Positions 37,601 through 48,300 of a stretch of DNA of 64,000 nucleotides are shown here, one piece after another. Position 1 is the first letter of the stretch. Every line of letters starts with the position of its first letter. The DNA is taken from assembly GCA_037447605.1 (NCBI GenBank), contig CM074810.1, positions 2,080,880 to 2,144,879 on the forward strand, in the 5' to 3' direction. The notes under the pieces were generated by a model, which was given only the letters and a program-made list of their open reading frames with translations, was not told the DNA's origin and did no database searches. The position numbers and the translations under genes are program-made. Origin of the DNA: Zygnema circumcarinatum SAG 698-1b (lineage: Eukaryota > Plantae > Zygnematophyceae).

Positions 37601-39394
37601 CTGACGTGAAACAAGCTGTTGGTATAGGCTCGGGCCCAAACGGAGCTATCATACACTATCGTGCCGAGGAAGCAACATGTGGCGATGTGAATGACAAGAA
37701 GCTTTTTTTATTGGATAGCGGTGCCCAGTATGTGGATGGGACCACTGACATCACACGAACAGTGCACTTTGGACAACCGAATGGATATCAAAAGAATTGC
37801 TTCACGAGGGTGTTGAAGGTATCAGTCCACTCGGATGCCTTACATTTCCACCAAGGCAGGGAAACGGCAATTCATATTGTGAAACTAAGTTTGAAACTGT
37901 GGCTAACAAGGGAAGATAAGCGCTTGCACAAGCTCATTCGTTCTTTACCCTAGAATCTGAAAGAGTTGTGCACTTGGGGAATCAAGACGATAGTTCAGAA
38001 AAGTGCAGCTTCCTGTTTTTGTTGAGCCCGCCTGTTTTCTATGCTTTCCAGGGACATATAGCTCTCGACCGTGCTGTTTTCCCCGAAGGGACTCCCGGGT
38101 TTGTCCTCGATGTTTTGGCACGCAAGGATTTGTGGGAGATCGGGCTCGACTATCGCCACGGTACTGCGCCGCGCCCTCACTTGTGCATGGACTGCACAAA
38201 TATTTGTCACTCTGCAGTAGGTCGTTCGGTCTAGGCCGTTTGTGTGCACTTGCGGAGAAGCAAAACAGCATTTGTTGACAGATTCAGTTGCTACAAGCAG
38301 TTCATCAGCGGAATGTTGTGGATGCTGTAATTTGAGTGTGCAGGGACAGGCCACGGAGTGGGGGCTGCTCTGAATGTGCACGAGGGGCCGCAAGGAATCA
38401 GCCCTCGCTTCGGGAATATGACAGGCCTCTTTCCGGGCATGATTGTCAGCAACGAGCCCGGATATTATGAAGACGGGTCGTTCGGGATTCGTATCGAGGT
38501 ATGGGGTCGTACACTTTCTCATTGCAGCTCTAATGTTGGAGAGGTTTACAACCTACTGGGTGTATCCACATTGCTAAGAGTGTTTCCTTAAGTTTGTGGA
38601 TCATAATTGCAAGAACAGTGATCAAGTACGCATTTTTCGAGGGAGGTCGAGGAGTTGAGGGTATTAAGGAAGTGCTTAGTTGCTGCTTCCAGAATTTACT
38701 TATTGTGAAGGAGGTTGGAACGCCCAATAATTTTGGTGGGAACTCATTCTTAGGGTTTGAACGCCTCACCTTTTGTCCTATTCAGGTATGAATCTAGTAG
38801 CTTTTTCGTTTCCTTCCTTATGCTTTGTCTGTACACTCATTGACTGTATGAAATCCAGGCTCATTCCATAACCTAAAAGTACTGCGGTTATGACTACAAA
38901 TTTGGTTTTTTTACTTTCCAGCCTCATTGTTTGCTTCTTCTCATGTGGCTGCAGCCAATGGTTGATGTGCATCTAAAGGATGGTTTTGGTAACGCTTGTT
39001 ATAGTGGGACGTGGCTGTTCCCTGTGCAAACAGATAAAGATGATTGACTTTTCCATAATGTCTGATGAGGACGTGGATTGGCTAAACCAATACCATGCAG
39101 AGGTTTGGAACAAGGTATGTCCCACTGGCCCGCAGTCGTCCTGTTTGTGAAGTATAACTTCGCGAGTCGTAGTTGTTGCGTTTGAGGCAGTTGGAGTTCC
39201 GCACTGCACAACACATGCGCCTCAGTTTTGTGTTCTCTGTTTGCGACAACGGCCAGGTGTCACCGCGGTTGGAGGGGGACGCCCTCGAGTGGCTCAAGCG
39301 CAGCACCCTCCCCGTGGGCCGGCCCGCGCCCCGCCCTGCTCCTGCTTCTGCAGCGGGCGCGCTCCCTCAGGAAGAGGCGCTGGCTGCCGGGTAG
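34640..39394 (+). CDS. APP: Xaa-Pro aminopeptidase P (M24B) with a probable organellar transit peptide
   Basis: About 12 GT-AG exons, the first at 34640-35080 and the stop at 39392-39394. Motifs [70 protein letters not shown] and [20 protein letters not shown] retain all metal ligands. The ~110-aa Ala/Arg/Ser-rich N-extension resembles the plastid APP2 type. Confidence 0.96.
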
Positions 39395-40186
39395 GTCGCG
39401 CACCGCGCATTACGCACGTGCCTCACGGGGCGATAAGCGCGGAGCAGACTCTCATTCTACCAGCCAAGCAACTGGAAGCTGCGTTGCGTACACAGAGCAA
39501 AGTTGTACTTGGCTGCTTGCAATGTACATAATTCGTTTATATTTTCTAGGAAGCTTGGTCCATGCTTATTCACTCTGGTTTCCTCCTTGCCCGCTGCGTG
39601 TGATGATCTCGGAATGCTCGCTTAGCTTGTCCATCGGATGCCTATGTGATGATGCGCTGGAGAATTGAACTGTTAAAGCCACAGCAGCAAATTGAGTTTG
39701 TAGCAGCGCACTCGTGCCGTCCCCACACTTCCTCTGGCAAAATTCTTCACCTGAAATTTGGAGTTGACGATTATGGAAGCCTTCGTCAACGGTCAATAGC
39801 TGCGCATGAATGCTTGAATGCTATGAAGGCTTGGCTGCTCGAGATGCGGCCAACCGCAAGGAGCGCGCATATGCCCACAGTGACGCGGCCGACGGCTTTT
39901 TTCCTATGGCTGTTAAGATTTTTGGTTGCCTTATGCTCGTTTGGGTGCCATCCTTCGCCAGCGCGTGATTGCGCCCATCGCTCCTTCGCGATGCGCGCAC
40001 GGCCCCAGAAGGAAGAAAGCCCTCCTCTCCTCCTCCGGTGATCCTCGCTACTTCTTATCGACAGCGCATTTCCATCTTCCGGCATTTTTTGCGTGAAGCC
40101 GCGGGTGGTTGGTGGGGGCTTTCCGCCGCTCCCTCCCTCCCTCCGCGCCATGTGCCGGCGATAGCGTAGCTTTCTGCTCCTAGCTA

Positions 40187-40276
40187 TTTTTTTTAGGGTT
40201 TTTTAGGGTTTTTAAAAACCCTAAAAACCCTAAAAACCCTAAAAACCCTAAAAACCCTAAAAACCCTAAAAACCCT
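40187..40276. repeat. Interstitial telomere-like tract: two T-rich AGGG units facing seven perfect AAAAACCCT units
   Basis: T8AGGG, T6AGGG, T5, then (AAAAACCCT)x7 at 40214-40276. The inversion centre is at 40213/40214. Confidence 0.9.
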
Positions 40277-40304
40277 TTTCGATTTAAGAAGCGAAAAGTT
40301 AAAA

Positions 40305-40410
40305 ATAAAAGTTCAAAGACTCAGCATGTTCGGTCGCACGCGCGGATTCCAATTTTCGACGTTTGTTCCGTGCGATTCGAGGGATCCGGTTAACCCGGGC
40401 GCCATTTTTG
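40305..40410 (+). repeat. Dispersed ~95-bp repeat, copy 2 (MITE-free version)
   Basis: Shares AAAAGTTCAAAGACTCA with 25673-25689 and the body with 26331-26425. Confidence 0.8.
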
Positions 40411-41232
40411 CTGTACGTACCTCCGGGTCCACGCGCTTTTGCGATCAGCTAAAATCTAATTGTTGATCGGTAGACCCAAGGAAAACTCACACTGAACACG
40501 AACGGTAATTAATTGTTCTATGTTCTATTAGTTCTCCATAAAAATTGTATTGAGAAAAAAAACAGGAATTCATTTCTCATTTCTCAAAAGGAATCGTGTT
40601 CACAAATATATGGTTTTTGCGTTGCCGTAGGCAAAAGCTTAGTCATCGTTTTGATCCGTACGACGGGTTCGATTATGTTGTCAAAGATTAATTTAATGAA
40701 AACGGGGTATAGTTGCCGCGAGTCTGACGTTGCCACGTCGCGCGTCCTGATTGGTTGTGCGTTTCGTTGGATCGAATGCGCAGAAAATGGGGTATATCGC
40801 GTTCCCATTCTGTCATTGCCACGTGTCGTTTTCTATGTACGACAGCGTTCGTTTTGAATGTTTTACGGGACGTATTGTTGTAAATAGGGTATGTGTCGCA
40901 GCGTGTTTAAAGTGGCCACGTGGTGCATTCTAATTTGTTAAATCGCACCTCGCGCAACTGAACAGAACACAATATTAAACAGCTTATGTGTTCGATCAGT
41001 TTCCGTTTCAGTTCACTTCACCTAATTAAGGTTCGAAGACATTTCTATAAAAAGGCAACGCACGAGGATCTTGATCCGCAGCCTGTTGTTTCTTGAGAAA
41101 CTGGTTTTGAAAGTTCCTTTTTTGAGAACCCAAAATCTTAAATTTCTTTTTCTCAACCTGTTCGGTTTTACGGTACGGTAAAAAGATAAAAGAATTTTAT
41201 TTTTATATATTACATTCATAAATCTAGACATC

Positions 41233-41305
41233 TCCGTTGTAGTCTAGTCGGTTAGGATACTCGGCTCTCACCCGAGCGACCCGGGTTCAAATCCCGGCAA
41301 CGGAA
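41233..41305 (+). tRNA. tRNA-Glu(CTC): tRNA-Glu (anticodon CTC)
   Basis: TCCGTTG/CAACGGA acceptor stem, D-loop TAGTCGGTTAGG, anticodon arm CTCGG-CTCTCAC-CCGAG, T-arm CCGGG-TTCAAAT-CCCGG. Nearly identical to plant nuclear tRNA-Glu. Confidence 0.97.
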
Positions 41306-41334
41306 TCGCTCCCTAGGAGTGGCTAGAGAACCCC

Positions 41335-41347
41335 TTTTGCGCTTTTT
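41335..41347 (+). terminator. Pol III oligo-T terminator of tRNA-Glu
   Basis: T4 at 41335-41338 and T5 at 41343-41347, 30-40 nt downstream of the tRNA. Confidence 0.6.
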
Positions 41348-41604
41348 AAGGCGCCGCAACAAAACGTTTCGCGCGGCGCACGACGTACAATCGGGGACCC
41401 GCGATGCGTGCCACGTGGCGCACTCATTCGTTGACAGGAGATGTCACGCACGCGCGCACGCTCCCGCCGTTGACTTTCAGATCAAGGTTTAAGTTTCACT
41501 TAAGCTTCAGATTATTAAGGTTCCCCAAATTACAGTGCTAAAGTTCGTTCCTAACTACGGTGCCGTATGACACAAAGCAAAGTTTCGAATCGTGTCGAGA
41601 CTGT

Positions 41605-44600
41605 CTACGCGTCACTCGCTTTGTTTCCGGAGGCTCTCAAGCGCACTTGCTCGCCCTCCTCAAGATCGTCACTTCGAGAAGCGCCTCTTCGAGGTTGTGA
41701 CAGTTCCACCATGGCGCTTCGGTCCTCATCTTCCTCACCTTGGAGGAAAATGACATCGTCCTGAAGATGCTCCCAACAAAATAAGAAATACAAACGTCAT
41801 TAAGACATAACATGAGACTGGCAATGGTGATTCAAAGGCGAAAAAGTGCTGACGTCTCCACTGACACCTACACTTCATGTTGCTCGACCATCCCCTGCCA
41901 TCTTCGCCTCTTTAAGAGAAGCACAGAAACGGAAAAAAAAAGGTCGTGGGAGGAGGGGGAGAAGGGAGGAATGGGGTGGGGGCAGAGAAAGAAGAGGTGG
42001 AGGAGCAGTGAAGCAAAAGACAAATTCGAACCTGTCGGGAATTAAGCACATGAAAAACAAAGGCGTAAGGACGAAAGGTGAAAGACGAGGGGCAACCTGT
42101 TCAGCTTCAATAAACCTTCGTGCTTTTCTGCGAGACCAGAAATAGTAGAGAGCTCCAATAATGAGAATGATCAGCACCAATGTTGAGAAACCCGCGAGAA
42201 CGGCGATATAAACCTGAAGCATGATGGGAATACGGTGAGGAAAAGGAATAGGAATAACCGCTTCTTTAGCCAAGCTACAGTTTCTTTCTAATTCTACATG
42301 CTAGAATCAGAAGCTATTCTGTATGCACGAGAGATTTCAACTGGAGAGGGTTTCTACTGAATGAACTTTCTGCCAGCGAGAAGCTTACAGAGTTGCTAGC
42401 AGTGACCACGGCGCTGCTCAGCGGACTCGGTGTTCCTCTCTCTGCAAGTGCCACAAATGGGCTCAGCATTCACTACAGTACAGCACACTCGAGCCCTCGC
42501 GGAGGACAATGCGCATTACAACTACTGCATGCCTACCGCAAACACAGCAGTTTGCTGGCTGTTGTCTAAAGATGCAATAAGTAATTAGCACAACAGAATG
42601 CGTGTAAGATTCACCTGACGACGTTTTCACAGCACAGTTGGCGCTGCCCCTCCATTCACTCGGGCAACTACATGCGCCAAATACGTTACATTCACCCCCG
42701 TTGTGGCAGTACAACCCTTCATCACCGCAGGGAACTCCTTGTTTGTCGCAATGCACTCCTCCCCACGGTTCTGTGCAGTTTCCGCATGTGTACTGTTCAC
42801 CTTGTACGATTTCTACGCAGTATGCATAATTGGCACAATAAAAGCTGTCGGAATCAGCGCACAACTCCGCACGAGTTTCACACTGTGACCCTCTGCACCG
42901 CATTCAAGGTTTGCAAACAACTGCATAAGGACCAAGTCATGATGCCAGAACGCACATCCCCTACACATAGAATTGGAACAAGCTGCATGACCCTCTGGCA
43001 ACTAACCACAAATCTCCTCCTCAATCTCGTCATTTTCTCAACAATCTCATCTCTCTCGCTCTTGAATTGGATTAAAAGGTCCCAAAAATCTTGAAGGTAC
43101 AGTAAAGGGCGCTCCTGGAAGGTAGCCACTGAGGGAATCCCAAGCTAAAGTAATGCTGAAAGGAGCACGACATTGAGTACTACTTTGTCAATAGAGCAAA
43201 CACACAAACAAGAGAAAAGCCGATAACCAAGGCAAAGCAAATCAACCAACCACTGGTTGTACAGCGAGTACGAATCAATCAGAAAGGAGGAGTGACCTTG
43301 AGTACACAAAAGACATGGACACAACCTTGACAACCAGGCCGGAGCTTCACAAGGAGTTGCCTGACGGCTTACTTTCTCCAGCCTCCGCCTCCCTCTTGTC
43401 AATCTCTAACATGCACTGAGACTTCATGATATTTTTCTCTCAACCCCGTTTCAAACATGATTGAAAAACAAAAACAATATAATCCATAATGCGTTGTTTC
43501 ATCATTATGCATCGGAATTCATATGTACCATCGCTTCCCTTGAATTAATGACGCATTCAACTGCCCGGACTTGTAGTGACAGTTGCTGGGAAGATTAATG
43601 TGGTATAGAACGAGCTTCAGAAAAACTTGTTTCAGAACGATTCCTAACCGTTTCACAAATCGCTAGAGTTACTTGGAGGCCTTGAAGACTAGTGCTGAAA
43701 GTTAATTTGCTGACAGAGCGTACTTTTTTGGTACGAACTTCTATGCTAAGCTCAAGCTACGGCAAACCGTCCTGCCTCCTTTTGGATGTGCCTCAGACGT
43801 GAAGCATTCATACATGGAAAGTGTGCGGCCTGCGTCCATATGAGGTTTAGTAGAAATATAGCTCCATGAATTGATTATTAGATAGAGGGGAAGGAGCGTT
43901 CCGTAAAAGACAGTTTGCGGCCATCCCGTCTGAAAGAAGCAAATTTTGAGTATGGGCTTGTCAGTCTGTGGCCGATTTACTGCTGGGGGCTTACACGCAA
44001 TGCTATGCGCGCTCCGCATTCTCCGTTGACTTCCGTTTTACACTTTCAGACATTTAAGCAAATCTCAAGGAACTTGCTCGTTGTCTCTGTTTTTGAAAGG
44101 ATTACCTTTGTTCATTTTGCACTTAGCTCAAATCTTGTCTATCGCGCTACATGATATTTGTGATGACTCTTGTTTGTGAAAACGTTGTGCACACTCGCAT
44201 AAGCTGTACTGTGTAGCATGCTAAAAGTCTTCTGTGCTTTACGAGATTTACATTTTTACAATCGAAGGACATCTCGACAATACTATGATCTAAAGCAAAC
44301 GCGAGCAATGCTAATCGTTTAACTTGTCAACCTCCTCGCAGAATGGCTCATCAACATTCCGCTTCATGACCTGAACCATGTTGGTTCATACGCAACCAAC
44401 ATAAATGTGCAGAGTATTCGAAAGAGCAGGAATACGAGTGATTCTATGAAGTTTGCGTTTTTTCTGCTTTTTGAATTACAAGGCGATAAATGATGGATAT
44501 ATATCAAACACAGTGATCTAAGAGGAATATCGAGTTCTTAAGGTTTTTAGAAGGTCAAAGTATGACAGTGATACTAGGGATATAGTGAACGGCAGGGATG

Positions 44601-44795
44601 CACGTACCGGAAGAAGACAGGGTGCAGCGCGGAGGGCTCCGGGCAGTGGCAACGCGCGGCCTCGCACGTGCCGCCATTGAGGCAGGGCGCAGCACAGCCC
44701 TGCGCGCAGGCGGACGGCACCACCGCCGCCACCGCCAGCAGCAGCAGCGCCACCGCCACCACCGCCTTCGCCTCCGCCCCTCGCGCCATGGCCAT
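41605..44795 (-). CDS. Single-pass type I membrane protein with three EGF-like domains, 263 aa, 5 exons
   Basis: Exons 44795-44608, 42892-42615, 42441-42389, 42213-42097 and 41760-41605 total 792 nt in frame. Signal peptide AKAVVAVALLLLAVAAVVPSACA; EGF-like units CAAPCLNGGTCEAARCHC..C, C..FYCANYAYCVEIVQGEQYTCGNC..C and C..YCHNGGECNVFGACSC..C; TM VYIAVLAGFSTLVLIILIIGALYYFW; stop-transfer SRRKARR; acidic tail. Confidence 0.88.
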
Positions 44796-44939
44796 GGCAC
44801 TGCTCTCCCTCCCTCCCTCGGAGTCCCTCCCTTCCCCGCACTTCCGCATATCGCATCGTATCGCACGGGGTGGTGTACTCGGCAACGCTGTGCATATGGA
44901 CGCTCGTATCGTATCCCGAGTAGCGCGCCACCGCCGCCA

Positions 44940-45235
44940 GCCCTGTCCCGCCCCGCCCCTCCCCCTCCCCTCCCCATAACCTCCCCTGCCCTCCCCTCCA
45001 CATACCCTCTCCTCCCCTCCCCTCCCCATAACCTCCCCTGCCCTCCCCTCCCCTCCCCTCTCCTCCCCTCCCCCTCCCCTCCCCTCCCCTCCCCTCCCCT
45101 CCCATCCCCCTCCCCTCTCCCTCCCCTTCCCTCCCTCCCTCCCTCCCCTCCCCTCCCCTCCCCCTCCCCTCCCCTCCCCTTCCTCTCCCCTCCCCTCTCC
45201 CTCCCCTTCCCTCCCCTCCCCTTCCGTCCCCTCCC
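44940..45235. repeat. (CCCCT)n polypyrimidine tract between divergent genes
   Basis: About 290 bp of imperfect CCCCT/CCCT repeats between the EGF-gene ATG (44795) and the kanadaptin ATG (45307). Confidence 0.9.
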
Positions 45236-45306
45236 CGCGGGTGCAGGTGCAGGTGCAGGTGCAGTGCAGTGCAGTGCAGTGCGCTGCCGCTGCTGCTGAG
45301 AGAGTC

Positions 45307-48300
45307 ATGGCATCCATGGGGCCCCCTCCGCCAAAACCTCCGCGCCCGCGCCTGCCCTGTGCACCGGCCCAGGCCCAGGCCATGGATCCTCCTCCGCCAC
45401 CTTGTACGGCTGAGGCGGATCTTGTAGGATCAGCAACAGTAGCTGTAGGCGGCAGCTGTCAGCCGCCGGACCAACACGTGACAATTGGCAGAAGTACGAT
45501 GGCGATGGCACCTCCTCCTCCTAGGAAAAAGCTAGGAACGGATAGTAAGCTGCAGGCAGCGATAGAAGTGAGCTTTACGTCAGGATCAAAAGAAATAGAA
45601 GGATTAGTACACGCGGACAAGTTTGGGAATGGCAAAGCTGAGGAGAAGTTGCTGGAGGCTGCGCGGAAAAGCAATTTGCGGAATGCAGAAGTGCGAGAGG
45701 AAGAGGACGAAAGGGAGAGAATTCTCGCTGTTGGAGCTGGTCATTTGGCTGAGAGTACTCCAGAAGCCGCCGGTGCTGCAAGTGTCGATGTAGAAGACGT
45801 CAGTGTGCTGGCTGGAGGGAAGGATGGGTCTTCAGCAGTGCCAAACAGGGAGGAGGGAGCAGTTGAACCTTTGAACCCGAGTGCAGATGAAGAGAAGGGA
45901 CATGCGTCTGCTACAGGAGCTGCAACTGCTAAAGGTGTGGCGGCGCCTTATGTTGTTCCGCCATGGAGTGGCGCTCCAGACGTACCGTACAAACTCGAAG
46001 TGCTCAAGGAAGGCATAATTCTGGATGTTTTGAATGTGTAAGTAAGCATGCCGATATGCATATGGATGCCATTTCGTTTGCACCTGTTTTTCTTTGGGTA
46101 CAGTTTAGGGTTGGGAGGCTTATCAAATTTCCTTAGAATTTTATCGGACGGCTGTTGTCCGTATCGAGTGTGGTAAGGATGCTATTGCGGCGAAAAAAGG
46201 AAGCAATTTGCAAAAGAAAGTTTACTAGAATAGTCGGAACATCTGGTTCACGATTTGACAGCAATGAAGCATAGGGAGATTTTTTTAATGCAACTGAAAG
46301 AGGAATGTGCGCAATTAGCACGCGTCAAATCTGTTGGTGCCTGGGAGTATATGGGATAACCCCAACTCCACGGTACTGAAAGCATGCTGCCGTCTCCACT
46401 TGTTCTAAAGCAACAGGGCTTAAACATTTGGAGGGCCAAGCAAGTAAACAGCAAGCAAGCAGGGCCGAAAAAACCCTCAAACCCTAAAAATCCTAAAAAC
46501 CCTATCTATCTTGGATGACCTAATACACCTAATATACCTATACATGCTAGCCCATTCAACACTAACTTCAAGATTCTATGAACTTAATGTCCTGACTCAA
46601 CTTTTCCACTATTTGATCCAGAACATTCTAAACGGACTATGAACTAGTACTGGTATTTCACAGGTTTCAGGTTTCTAGGGCTGTAACTTTGCTAGCGCTT
46701 CTGCGGCTACTGTTTCATAGGTGGTTTTATTCCTCCTGGACATGCCAGAGTACATTCATGATTTTCCAGGCGTGCACCGGATACGCTTTTAGGAGATTTT
46801 CAGTCTTTAGTACAGCACCGGTTTTCAGATGTGACCTCACTCAGATTGAGGGACGCCATGCACAGGTCCAAGAAAGGCGCGTACATGTTTGGCCGGAGCG
46901 ATCGGTGCGATTGTGTTTTGGAGCATCCGAGTGCATCGCGCTTCCATGCTGGTTGGTGGTACTTCCTTGGCCCTTTCCCTCTTCAGGATTTAGGCGCTGT
47001 GCCAGTGTCAGATGCTCATCCACTCCTTGACATGGTCTTTCGGACTTGTGTTTTATTGGCTTTTCTTTGGCTTATGGTGTCTGGGATTCTAGGTTACAGT
47101 GTTTTTTTACATTCTAGTATATAGGTTTCATACACTGCATTTTGTTTGGTGGTCTTATCTCGGTGAAGCTCTTCCACTGTCAGGGTGAACCGATGAAACA
47201 CATTGTGAATTTTTTTTAATGACTATTGGAGGAACAGGTTGCACTTTATCTAATCAACTTTTGTTTATCAAATTTTATGTTCTGAGTTAAGTGATGCTTA
47301 TGTTCACTCAGGATTAGGACCATGATTTTGCCATAACTTTTGCTTTACATTGGGGATTATAGCTACGTCCAGAGTAATTATGCTAAGGACTTGGAAAAGT
47401 CATTTTCCTGCTCTTGAGGACATGTGGTTGTAAAAATGGAAACGTTTCCTATATTGTGTCAGTAACGTGGCTCTCCTTACATGGTCTGTGGTGCATCAGT
47501 CCTGCAGTTTCGCAGCACGGGCGAAGCCTTCGTGTTTGACCTTGGGAGCACGCACGGAACCGTTGTGAACAAGCGTCAGGTGGCCGCCCTGCCTTACTGA
47601 ACGCGCGGGGTTTTCATTCAAATAATTTAGGGAGCTGTCAGAGTCTCTCCCTCGTTTCACTCACAACATAAGCACTGAAGTATGAGAGAAAGTTATTACT
47701 TTAGATTTATTATCAAGGGGAACAGTCAAGCTTCTCAAAAAGAGAACCATTTCGTCACTTTCCCAAACCTTTCCTGTTTCTCCTTGTTCCTTCTGTCTGA
47801 GATGATCTGGTTATCTCGTTTCCACCACTGATACTTGTAGTGTTCTGTATCCTTATTCTCCGATTGTTTGGAGGGCATTAGCGTGTGTCTTATAGTTCTT
47901 TGTATTGGGATGATTTGCTACAGAAAGGAATGCAGACGAAGATGTCTGCTTTATTTGAACGTCATTTATGCACTGCGAATGTTCTCCGTAAGCTTTTCGG
48001 GGTCACAGCTTTTGAACTTTGGTTTCATTTCGTTTTCCTAACGTGTTTAGGAATCTGCGCCCTTTCGCTGAGATGAGGTCTGGCGGCGTTGACAGGTGAA
48101 GAGCCGCGTGTACGTTCCTTTGAATGTTGGCGACATTCTCAAGTTTGGGCAGTGAGTTTTCGCATCCTCCTCTTGTTTACGCTCACCTTCTGGAGGATTC
48201 ATCTGTGAGGAGTGCGATCATGTCGTTTGATAGAACACCATTGATGCTTTGGTCTTGCTGCATTTGTCCTCTGCACATTCAGTCTCAACACTGCAAAGTT

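Noticed and set aside
39786-40151. 121-aa ORF just inside the telomere-like tract
   Set aside because: No domain, splice partner or convincing signal; not enough to call a gene.
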